DNA of 64,000 nt from assembly GCA_963744995.1 (NCBI GenBank), contig CAVUWA010000001.1, positions 1 to 64,000 on the forward strand, written 5' to 3'. Positions 19,644 to 28,383 of this stretch are shown piece by piece. This DNA is from Candidatus Eiseniibacteriota bacterium (GTDB taxonomy: Bacteria; Eisenbacteria; RBG-16-71-46). The notes beneath the pieces are model-generated. The model was not told the DNA's origin, made no database searches, and saw only the letters and a program-made list of their open reading frames with translations. The position numbers and the translations under genes are program-made. Each line of letters opens with the position of its first letter. Positions within the stretch are counted from its first letter, which is position 1.

Positions 19644-20620
19644 GGTGTCGAGGTCACCCGGGCGCTGTCCGGGAGCCCACGCTGGCCTTCGACGACGACC
19701 GCCGTCCCGGGCGCGAGTCGCGGCGCCAGCACTTCGCTCCAGTCCCCGTCCGTGACACCGAGTTCTAGCGTCGTCCACACAGCGAGGCTGTCCGCTCCGA
19801 CGACCGCGACGCGTTTCTCTCCCGTGAGGTCGTCCTCGACGATCGCCGGGCGCGGCACCGCCGCTGAGCGGCGCGCCGTCCCGTATTCGATCCGGGCTTC
19901 GCCCGCGCGCTGCAGCCATCCGTGCTCGAGCGTCTGCGCCGGCGTCAACCATGCAAGCGGCCGGCTCGACGCGTCCACCCCCGGCAGCAGGCGCGACACC
20001 CGCGCGCGCACCGGCGCTACACCCGTCATCTCAACCGTGGCGGTTTCGCCGGGGCGTACGGAGGCCGCTTCGTCGACGGGCAGATGCGCTTCGAAGACGA
20101 GCGCTCCGGCCGGCGAGAGCGCGAGGATCTCGCCTCCCTCCGGCACCTCGGCCGAGACCTCCACCGTCCGCCGCAGCACGGTCCCGTCGGCGCCCGCGAG
20201 CAGCGGAACGCGCACCACGCTGCTGCGCGCCACCTGGAGCGCGCGCTCCGCCTCGGTGCGAGCCTGCGCGTCGGTAGCGGATCGCGCCAGCATCTCGGCC
20301 CCGCGCAACGCACCGAACGACTCGCGCGTCAGCAGCCATCCCAGCCGCTGGCTGCGCCGCACCGGATCGCCGACCTGAGCGCCGAGCGAGTCGATCACGC
20401 AGGTAAACGGCGCCGAGACGATCAGCTCGCCGGTCGTCCGCCAGTTGCCGGATGCGCGCACGGCATCGGTGAACGGCCGGATCCGCACCTCGGCCAGGCG
20501 CACAGGGACGACGGGTTCGGGATCCTGCGCGGCGCCGCTGTCGGAGGACCGCGCGCACGAGCCCGCCGCCAGCGCGGCGGCGAAAGCGATACCGTGAATG
20601 ACGATACGTCGAAGTTTCAT
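19640..20620 (-). CDS. RND periplasmic adaptor (membrane fusion protein), lipoprotein
   Basis: MKLRR..AAGSC lipobox; VSAP..G..VGDPV..Q.L, ADGTV, VPRPAI, GTAVVVEGQ.GL. Confidence 0.85.
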   Translation of the reverse strand: MKLRRIVIHGIAFAAALAAGSCARSSDSGAAQDPEPVVPVRLAEVRIRPFTDAVRASGNWRTTGELIVSAPFTCVIDSLGAQVGDPVRRSQRLGWLLTRESFGALRGAEMLARSATDAQARTEAERALQVARSSVVRVPLLAGADGTVLRRTVEVSAEVPEGGEILALSPAGALVFEAHLPVDEAASVRPGETATVEMTGVAPVRARVSRLLPGVDASSRPLAWLTPAQTLEHGWLQRAGEARIEYGTARRSAAVPRPAIVEDDLTGEKRVAVVGADSLAVWTTLELGVTDGDWSEVLAPRLAPGTAVVVEGQRGLPDSARVTSTP

Positions 20621-21973
20621 CGCAGGTTCTCCGCCTGGAAGCGCAGGTCGCGCAGCTCCAGCGTCGTGTCGGTGAGACGCAGCCGGGCCTCCTCGCTCTG
20701 CCGCCGCGCGTCGAGCAGGTCGAGCAGCGGCGTCGAGCCCGCCGCATAGAGACTCTTGAGAAGCAGCAGGTTCCGATCCGCGCGGCCGGTCGCGCGGCGG
20801 GCCAGCTGGAGTCGCTCGTGAGCCGCGGTCCACTGTCCGAGCAGCACGCGAGAGCGCGTCTCCTGAAGGGTCCGCTCCGCCTCGAGTCGGGCCGCCGCCG
20901 CGTCCACCGCAGCGCCGCGCGCACGGATCGACTGCCGTAGCCCGGGATCGAGGAACGGAAGATGGAAGCGGAAGCCGGCCGACGCGCCGAGATCGCGGCG
21001 CAGCCGGTCGGCCAGCGTCGCCCCGGGATGGCTTGCCGCCAGATCGGGCGGAACGACTTCGGTCAGGTCGGTGCCGGCGAGCCCGGCGTCGAGGACCAGA
21101 TCCACCGTCGGCGCGGCGCGGCGCGCGGCGGCCTGCCGATCGAGACGGCCGCGCTCCAGCTCGAGGCGCGCGAGCGCAATCTCCGGAAGCGACTCGATGC
21201 CTGCCGTGATCCGCACGGAGTCCGCGGCGCCCGGCGCGCGCATGTCCGCGCCGTCCGCACGAATCGCGGTCTCCGCGTCGAGCGGTCGGCCCAGCAGCGG
21301 CGCCAGCTGCATGCGCAGCGCACGCAGGTCGGCTCGGGCGCCCTCGAGCGCGAGCACCTCGTTGTCGCGTTCGAGCGCCACGCGCGCCGAATCCGTGACG
21401 CTGCGGAAACCCGCTGTGACCCCTGAGCGCACCAGCGACTCCAGACGTTCGATCCAGTCGAGCGCGTCGCGGCGGATTCCGAGCACCTCCTGGTCGCGCT
21501 GGATCGCGAGCGCCAGGGAAGCGGCCCGGAGTCCGGCATCCCGCGAGCTCATCACGGCGCGCCAGCGCGAGGCGAGGCCTCGTTGCCGCGTGGCGACGCT
21601 CGAGCCGCATCCGACCGCCGTCCGCGAGCGTCCACGCCAGGCCGAGGCGCGCGTCGTAGTCGCCCAGGTTGGTGTAGGCGGGATCGTAGAAACCGTGCGG
21701 CGCGACGGTCGCGCCGGCATCGATCGAGAGCGCTGGGCGCGCGTTGAACGACACCGCGAGCGAGTCGGCGACGGCGGCCTCCGCGTCGAGCCCCGCGGCC
21801 ACGCTCGCCGGCGCCCGGGCCCGCGCGAGCACCGCGCACGCCTCCACCGTCAGGCTGTCCGCCCCGGCGCCCGCCCCGGCGCGCGCGGGGGCGGGCACAA
21901 GCACCCACAGCACCCCGAGCAGGGCCGCGCGACGCGCCAGGTCGTGCACCCGCGACGAACGCGGTTCGATCAC
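20617..21973 (-). pseudogene. TolC-family outer membrane channel, frameshifted near 21545
   Basis: N-terminal signal and first motifs in the 19640..21973 frame; C-terminal half (LYAAGSTPLLDLLDARR) in the 20617..21720 frame. Confidence 0.8.
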
Positions 21974-22605
21974 CGCAGCGCTTTCTCCACGACGTCGATC
22001 AGATCGAGCAGCGCCGTCGCCGGCTTCCGCTCGCCGGAGCGATCCAGCGCGGCGGCGCGCGCGGCGGCGACGCTCTTACCGAGCGTGGCGGCGAGCGGCG
22101 CGCGTCCCTTCTTCTCGAGGCCCGCGGCGACGCGCGCGAGCGCATCGTCCACGCCGGCCGGCCACGCGATGTCACGGCTGTCCGCCATCAGCCAGGCGGC
22201 CATGCCCGCGAGATCCAGGCGCATCAGGTCCTCGTCGACTGTGGGGGCGCCGCCGCACCAGTCGAGCGAAGCCAGCGCCAGCTCCACCGCCCGCCGTGCC
22301 GTGCCGGCGGAATCACCCGCGCTGGCGGAGCGCCGCATCGCATCGAGGGTCGAATCGGAGATGCTGTCCGCGTGCATCGCGGCGTGCTCGGTCGCATAGC
22401 GGTCCGCGATCCTGCCTGCCACGCCGGTCAGATTCATCTTGCGGCCTTCGACCACGCTCTCAGCGACGCTCTCGAGGCGTTCCCTGAAAGCCGCAGCGTG
22501 CGCACGACAGTCGCCGGTCGCTGCGCGCGCCCGTGGCGCCAGCATCGCAGACAGGATCAACAGGGCGCAGAGCAGCCACCCCATCCGAAATTCGTTTCCA
22601 TGCAT
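21970..22605 (-). CDS. Exported alpha-helical hypothetical protein, first gene of the RND operon
   Basis: GAGGAGG RBS, signal peptide ending ARA, stop overlaps the TolC start. Confidence 0.7.
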   Translation of the reverse strand: MHGNEFRMGWLLCALLILSAMLAPRARAATGDCRAHAAAFRERLESVAESVVEGRKMNLTGVAGRIADRYATEHAAMHADSISDSTLDAMRRSASAGDSAGTARRAVELALASLDWCGGAPTVDEDLMRLDLAGMAAWLMADSRDIAWPAGVDDALARVAAGLEKKGRAPLAATLGKSVAAARAAALDRSGERKPATALLDLIDVVEKALR

Positions 22606-22674
22606 CAAGACATCCTCCTCCCGAAGGTTTGCTCCCGCTTCTAGTGATGCGGGATATCCATTCGAGTGGCGAAC

Positions 22675-22704
22675 GCTAGCCTGCATGTCTGAATGGTGTC
22701 TGAA
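22675..22704 (-). promoter_or_regulatory. OmpR/PhoB-type tandem direct repeat with adjacent -10-like element
   Basis: Minus strand TTCAGACA-CCA-TTCAGACA (11-bp period; 22704-22686), followed 7 nt later by TAGCGT. Confidence 0.65.
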
Positions 22705-22763
22705 CGAGGCGCGACAGGATCCCGCACTGCCGCGCACTCGGCTTGGCGACCGCGCAGCGTCCC

Positions 22764-23402
22764 CTACGGACGCCCCGTAACGTGGTTCCCTGCTGCCTCA
22801 GCCGCAGCGCCCGAGTCCACGATGGCCGCGGCCGTCACGCTGTCCCTCGCCGCCGCCGCACCGGCCGCCGTGTCGGTCGCGGCGGCCGTCACACTGTCGA
22901 GGCCGGCGAGGCCCTCCTCGAAGTCGCCGCCGATCATCCGGTCCATGTCCATGAACAGCGACATGGCCTTGCCCATGAAGTGGTTCTCGCCGTCCATCGA
23001 CCACACGACCCGGGTTCCGCCGCCGGCCGGGACGAGCGTGAACACGGTCGCGTTCTTCGATTCGAAGGGCTTGATGAACTCGAGATCGATCGCCACCCGC
23101 GCATCCGGCCGGGCGTCGGTGATCGTCATCCGCCCCTCGCCCACCCTGTCGTTGCCCAGCCAGTGGTAGCTCGCGCCGGTCCCGGCCTCCGGGCCCGCGA
23201 AGGTCTTCTTCATGGCCGGATCGAGCTTCTCCCACGGCGACCAGGCGTCCCAGCGATGGAAGTCCGCGATCTGCGCGTAGACCGCCGCGGGCGGTGCGGA
23301 CAGCGTCGCCGAGCGCTCGACGTGATAATGGCCCGGCCGTGTCGAGATGAAGACCGTCAGCCCCGCGATGATCACGAGCAGCACGATCAGCACTCTCTTC
23401 AT
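22764..23402 (-). CDS. SRPBCC (polyketide cyclase-like) family protein
   Basis: VERS..APP..V...DF.RW..WSPW..DP, Y.W.GN..VGEG.M.I, F.KPF, MDRMIGGDFE.GL. Confidence 0.9.
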   Translation of the reverse strand: MKRVLIVLLVIIAGLTVFISTRPGHYHVERSATLSAPPAAVYAQIADFHRWDAWSPWEKLDPAMKKTFAGPEAGTGASYHWLGNDRVGEGRMTITDARPDARVAIDLEFIKPFESKNATVFTLVPAGGGTRVVWSMDGENHFMGKAMSLFMDMDRMIGGDFEEGLAGLDSVTAAATDTAAGAAAARDSVTAAAIVDSGAAAEAAGNHVTGRP

Positions 23403-23510
23403 GCGAGCCTCCGGGGTGGGCGCATCGTGAGCGGCGCAGAGCGTCGTATGCGCGAAATCGCAACGCAAGCACTTTCGCCCGCGCCGGCCCCGGGTGGAGG
23501 GGACGACACC

Positions 23511-25283
23511 TCAGGCCGGACGCGCGGGCCGCGCCGCGTTCAGGACCGCCTGCACCAGCAGGGCGAGGCCCATCACCAGCAGGCAGGCCAGGTTGTACCA
23601 GAGGAACGCGATGTCGGTGAACCGATACAGGTAGATCACCACGGCCTGCGCGAGCAGTGCCGCGAGGAACACTGCGTGCCCGCGCACGCGCTTGAGCAGG
23701 AACGCGGTCAGGAAGATGCCGAGGATGGTCGGGTAGAACAGCGAGCCCAGGATGTTGATCGCCTCGATCAGCGAGCCGAGCCGGTTGGCGAACTCGGCGA
23801 AGCCGATCGCGAACGCGCCCCAGAGGAGCGTCGCGAACTTCGAGGCGCGCACCTCGCTGCGGTCGTGCGCGTCGATGGCCGTTGCCGCCGGATCCGGAAT
23901 GTCCGCATCCGCCTCGCCGAGTGCGGGCTGCGGCCGCCGCCACCTTCGCCATGGCAGCCGCCGGTACACGTCCACGATCGCCGTCGAGGCGAGCGCGTTG
24001 AGCTCGGCCGAGGTCGACGACATCGAGGCCGCGAAGATCGCCGCCAGCACCATGCCGACGACACCCATCGGCAGGTGGTCGAGCACGAAGGTGAGGAAGA
24101 TGTAGTTGGTGTCGCTCGTCTGCGCGCCGGGGTCGTTCGTCTTCATCAGGTCGACCGCCTCGGTGCGCACCTCGCTCACGCGCTCCTGCGCGGCGCGCAG
24201 GTCGACCTCTGCGGCTTCGGCGCGCATGACATCGCCGGCGTGCCGCGCCTCGATCAGCGCGTCGATGCGATCGCGGCGCGCGGCGACCGCCTGCGCGTGG
24301 CGGGCCTCGATTGCCGCGAAGGCCGCGGCGTGCGGGCTCGCCTCGATCCTCTGCACCTCGACCGGATTGAAGAACACCGGCGGCGGCGCGAACTGGTAGA
24401 ACACGAACACCATCGCGCCGAGGAACAGGATGCCGAACTGCATCGGGATCTTGACGATGCCGTTGAACAGCAGGCTCAGGCGGCTCTGCGCCACGGAACG
24501 GCCGGTGAGGTAGCGGCCGACCTGCGACTGATCGGTGCCGAAGTACGAGAGCTGCAGGAAGAAACCGCCGATCAGACCCGACCAGAGGTTGTAGCGGTTG
24601 TTCGGATCGAACGAAAAGTCGACCGCGTTCAGGCGCCCGAGCGTGCCGGCCACCGATACCGCGTCGCCGAATCCCACGTTCCGCGGCAGCCCCTTGAGGA
24701 TCAGGACGAACGCGACCGCCATGCCGCCGAGGATGATCAGGAACTGCTGGAACTGGGTGTGGTTGACGGCGCGCGAGCCGCCCGCCGCGGTGTAGCTCAC
24801 CACCAGCACTCCGATGATCAGATTGGTCCAGTACAGGTTCCAGCCGAGCAGCACCGAGAGGATCAGCGACGGCGCGTAAATCGTGAGCCCGGCGGCCAGC
24901 CCGCGCTGCACCAGGAACAGCAGGGCCGCGAGCGAGCGCGTCTTGCCGTCGAAGCGCCCCTCCAGATACTCGTAGGCGGTGATGACGTTCATGCGCCGGT
25001 AGATCGGGACGATGATCGCCGCGACCACGATCATTGCGAGCGGCAGGCCGAAGTAGAACTGCACGAAGCGCATGCCGTCCACGTAGGCCTGTCCCGGGGT
25101 CGACAGGAAGGTGATCGCGCTCGCCTGCGTGGCCATGATGCTCAGCGCCACCGTGTACCAGGCCATGCTGCGGTTGGCGAGGAAGTAGCCTTTGAGGTCG
25201 CGATTGCCGCGCCCCTTCCACATCCCGTAGAGGACGATGAACGCGAGCGAGGCGCCGAGAACGATCCAGTCCAGCGTCCTCAC
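23511..25283 (-). CDS. Sodium:solute symporter (SSS family)
   Basis: SIMATQASAITFLSTPGQ, TAYEYLEGRF, YFGTDQSQVGRYL, AASMSS..ELNAL; GTG start overlapping the upstream stop. Confidence 0.92.
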   Translation of the reverse strand: MRTLDWIVLGASLAFIVLYGMWKGRGNRDLKGYFLANRSMAWYTVALSIMATQASAITFLSTPGQAYVDGMRFVQFYFGLPLAMIVVAAIIVPIYRRMNVITAYEYLEGRFDGKTRSLAALLFLVQRGLAAGLTIYAPSLILSVLLGWNLYWTNLIIGVLVVSYTAAGGSRAVNHTQFQQFLIILGGMAVAFVLILKGLPRNVGFGDAVSVAGTLGRLNAVDFSFDPNNRYNLWSGLIGGFFLQLSYFGTDQSQVGRYLTGRSVAQSRLSLLFNGIVKIPMQFGILFLGAMVFVFYQFAPPPVFFNPVEVQRIEASPHAAAFAAIEARHAQAVAARRDRIDALIEARHAGDVMRAEAAEVDLRAAQERVSEVRTEAVDLMKTNDPGAQTSDTNYIFLTFVLDHLPMGVVGMVLAAIFAASMSSTSAELNALASTAIVDVYRRLPWRRWRRPQPALGEADADIPDPAATAIDAHDRSEVRASKFATLLWGAFAIGFAEFANRLGSLIEAINILGSLFYPTILGIFLTAFLLKRVRGHAVFLAALLAQAVVIYLYRFTDIAFLWYNLACLLVMGLALLVQAVLNAARPARPA

Positions 25284-25528
25284 GGCGCGAATGCCCGCGT
25301 GAACAGCCAGAGCGCCAGCACGTACAGGATCAGCGTGAGCACCACGCCGGTGTAGAGCCGCTGCCACGAGCCGCCGACGGGCGGCGGCGCGTCGATGCCC
25401 TCCTCCTCTTCGGCGGTACGGGCGTGCACCTCGTCCACCGCGTCCTTCGGCGCGGAGACCGGCATGTGGCCGAACGGCGCGCCCCTGACCGGGCGGCGCC
25501 TTCCGTCCCGGCGGCCGGGCCTCTTCAC
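25280..25528 (-). CDS. Small single-TM protein preceding the SSS transporter
   Basis: PPP.GGSWQRLYTGVVLTLILYVLALWLFTRAF; overlaps both neighbours; start uncertain. Confidence 0.75.
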   Translation of the reverse strand: MKRPGRRDGRRRPVRGAPFGHMPVSAPKDAVDEVHARTAEEEEGIDAPPPVGGSWQRLYTGVVLTLILYVLALWLFTRAFAP

Positions 25529-28050
25529 GGGCGCGCGCTCACCAGGTTCACGAACAGGCGGTACGCGCCCGGCACGCCGGCCGGCAGCTCGCGGAAGAAC
25601 GAGAAGCCGGTGTAGATGAACACGCCCCTGCCGTAGCGGCCGTAGAGCAGTCCGCCGGCGAGGTCGTCCTCACCGGCGTCGTGCGCGGCGAGCACGGTGT
25701 CGTACTTCGCATCCCAGGGGTTCGCAAAGTAGAGCCCGCGCTCCTGCACCCAGCCGTCGAAGTCGGCCGCGGTGATCCGATTGGGGGTGTTGAGCAGCGG
25801 GTGTCGCGGGTTCACGAACGTCATCTTCGCGGTCTCGTCGGTCACGCGATCATGGGTGATCGTGAACGGCCAGGGCCCGAGCGCGTCGTTCAGCCGTTGC
25901 TGCGCGGTGTTGTACTGCACGACGAGCGTGCCGCCGTTCTTCACGTACTCCAGCAGCCTGGGCTGGAGCGCGAGCAGGCGCGGCCGCGTGTTGTACGCGC
26001 GTACCCCGGCCACGATCGCGTCGTAGCCGGCGAGGTCGGCGCCTGCGACCTGGTCATCGTCGAGCAGCGTCACCCTGTAGCCCACCTGGCGCAGCGCCTC
26101 GGGAATCGCGTCGCCGCTGCCCATGAGGTAGCCGATGTTCGTGCCGCGCGTGGCGAGTGGCACGCGCACCAGCCGCGCCTCGGCCGGCGGGAACAGATCC
26201 TGGCGCGGAATGTGCGGGTAGTCGATCGTCACCAGGCCGCGGTTCCACGCCTTGCCATCCACGGTCACGGCGGCGCCGAGCGGGCCGGTTTCGGCGTTCG
26301 CGCCGGGCGTCACGGTGAAGCGCAGGGTCACCTCGTCGCCCTCCGACTTCAGGCTCACCGGCATCGAGGCCGGCGTCACCGTCCAGCCGCGCGGCGGCGC
26401 CAGCGCGACCGTGCCGGTCACGCCGTCACGATGGCCGCGCACCACCACGCCGATCTCGCGCGGGTGGACGTCGGCGAACACGGCAACCGGGTTCTCGAAG
26501 CGCGCGGTCGCCGGCGGCGCGATCTCGAAGCGCCGGTAGCGCTCGCCCTCGACGCGGTCCACCCAGCGGTAGAGCAGGGGGACTTCGAACGTGATCGACT
26601 GGCCGCCGTGCGTGAGCGTGAAACGTGCGGTGACCACAGCCGGTGTCTCCGCGAGACCGATGAGCGACGGTTCGTCGACGTGGAAGCGCGCGCCGTCGGG
26701 CGGGGCGGCGAGCCAGTACGGTTGCGTGAGGGGCGTGTCGGCCGGGATCGTCAGCTGCACGTCGGCGTCCACCGGGACGTCGTTCCTGAGCGGCACGGGT
26801 GCGGTCACGCCCCCCGCCCCCGGCGCCGGGCGGCCGGCCTGCACGAGTTCGGCGCGGTCGAGCCTGAAGGGCACCTCGCTACGCTCGAGGACGCTCAACG
26901 TGACGTCCGCCGCTTCGCCGGGCGTCGCCGTCGGATGTTGCGCGACGGCCTCGATCCAGAGCCCCGCGCACGCACGGATCAGCTCGTCGAGCTCGGCGCG
27001 CTTGACCTCCACCCACGGGTCGTAGCGCAGTGCGTCCAGGGCCCGGCGCACCGCGAACAGCCCGTCCACGCTCGCCGCGGGGTTGCGCGGATCGAATCGC
27101 CGCTTCACCTCTTCGACCAGCCTGCCGACCTGTGCGCCGCCACGGACCCGCGTCCAGCCGGTGTCGACGCCGTCCATGAAATCGTCGCGCGCGGGCTCGC
27201 CGGCGGTGGGGACGAGGCGGTTCAGGTACGTGCCACGGCGCTCGGCGGCGCCGAAACCCTGACTCTTGTGCATGCTGCGGCTCTCGCCCGCGATCTCCGT
27301 ATAGGAGCGGCCGAGCAGCGGGTTGTAGGCGCCGAGGTCCACCGTCACGCCGCCCACCGACGAGTCGTCGGGCATGCTGCCGAACCGGAACGCGTTCCAC
27401 ATGAGGCGCTTCGCCTGCCAGGTGCCGACCTCGGCGAGCTGCTCGGGGAAGCGGTTCGGGTCGGCCGCGGCGGCGAACGCCTCCTCGGCGAGCAGCGCCG
27501 AGGCGGTGTGGTGGCCGTGCCCGCCGCGCGTCGGCGTGAAGCGGGTGATGATCACGTCGGGGCGGAAGCGGCGGATCACCCGCACGACATCCGAAAGGAT
27601 CTCGTCGTGGCCCCACATCGCCAGCGCCTCGTCGGTGGACTTCGAATAGCCGAAGTCGATCGCGCGCGTGAAGTACTGCTCCGCGCCGTCGATGCGGCGC
27701 GCCGCCATCAGCTCCTGCGTGCGGATCACGCCGAGCGCGGAGCCGACTTCGGTGCCGAGCAGGTTCTGGCCGCCGTCGCCGCGCGTCATCGCCAGGTAGC
27801 CCACTCGCAGATGGCGCTCGCGCGAGAGCCAGGTCAGGAGCGCCGTATTCTCGTCATCCGGATGCGCGGCGATGTACAGCACGCTGCCGAGCGTACCGAG
27901 CTTGTCGAGCTCGAGCTGAATCTCGGACGCATCCGGCTCCAGCGGCGGTCGTGAGGGGCTCACGGCGGCGGCGAGCGGGCGGGCGGCCGCGGCGAACATG
28001 ACGGCCGCGATCAGCGGAATGACGAAACGGCAGACCTGTCGCGATGACAT
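25525..28050 (-). CDS. Secreted PIG-L family deacetylase with Ig/NEW3-like and class I GATase-like domains
   Basis: AAHPDDEN, TRGDGGQN, HGHHTAS, SRSMHKSQGFG; C-terminal GYLMGSGD, GVRAYN, WVQERGLYF. Confidence 0.9.
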   Translation of the reverse strand: MSSRQVCRFVIPLIAAVMFAAAARPLAAAVSPSRPPLEPDASEIQLELDKLGTLGSVLYIAAHPDDENTALLTWLSRERHLRVGYLAMTRGDGGQNLLGTEVGSALGVIRTQELMAARRIDGAEQYFTRAIDFGYSKSTDEALAMWGHDEILSDVVRVIRRFRPDVIITRFTPTRGGHGHHTASALLAEEAFAAAADPNRFPEQLAEVGTWQAKRLMWNAFRFGSMPDDSSVGGVTVDLGAYNPLLGRSYTEIAGESRSMHKSQGFGAAERRGTYLNRLVPTAGEPARDDFMDGVDTGWTRVRGGAQVGRLVEEVKRRFDPRNPAASVDGLFAVRRALDALRYDPWVEVKRAELDELIRACAGLWIEAVAQHPTATPGEAADVTLSVLERSEVPFRLDRAELVQAGRPAPGAGGVTAPVPLRNDVPVDADVQLTIPADTPLTQPYWLAAPPDGARFHVDEPSLIGLAETPAVVTARFTLTHGGQSITFEVPLLYRWVDRVEGERYRRFEIAPPATARFENPVAVFADVHPREIGVVVRGHRDGVTGTVALAPPRGWTVTPASMPVSLKSEGDEVTLRFTVTPGANAETGPLGAAVTVDGKAWNRGLVTIDYPHIPRQDLFPPAEARLVRVPLATRGTNIGYLMGSGDAIPEALRQVGYRVTLLDDDQVAGADLAGYDAIVAGVRAYNTRPRLLALQPRLLEYVKNGGTLVVQYNTAQQRLNDALGPWPFTITHDRVTDETAKMTFVNPRHPLLNTPNRITAADFDGWVQERGLYFANPWDAKYDTVLAAHDAGEDDLAGGLLYGRYGRGVFIYTGFSFFRELPAGVPGAYRLFVNLVSARP

Positions 28051-28383
28051 CGCTTCTCCACGATGGGGGAAATGGAAGAGGTTCGGACCGCGGCGCGCGC
28101 GCTGCACGCTAGCAACGCGGCGCGGACCCGGTCAAAGCACGCGGTCACGCGCAGATGCGGCGCGGCACGGCCCCTGGCGCCGGGGCGGCAGCGGGTGCGG
28201 CCCGGCGCCGCGGCGGTCCGTCCGGCGTTCCGGTACGATCCGTGCCCGGATGCGGCGGCCGTTGTAGGGTGCACACCGTGACCGTCCCGCCGCCCACTGG
28301 GCATCGGCGGACACGGCACGAGGCCGGGCGCCGCCCCTCGTGCGGTAGACCGCGGCCCGGGACCAAGGCCAGGAGGCCCGTAC

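Noticed and set aside
15852..19952. 1366-aa ORF that looks like an RND permease-response regulator fusion
   Set aside because: The joining segment is the out-of-frame translation of the regulator's N-terminus, which has its own RBS and ATG at 16630. The fusion is a frameshift artefact.
19640..21973. 777-aa apparent TolC-MFP fusion
   Set aside because: The middle part is out-of-frame TolC sequence, and the MFP has its own start at 20620.
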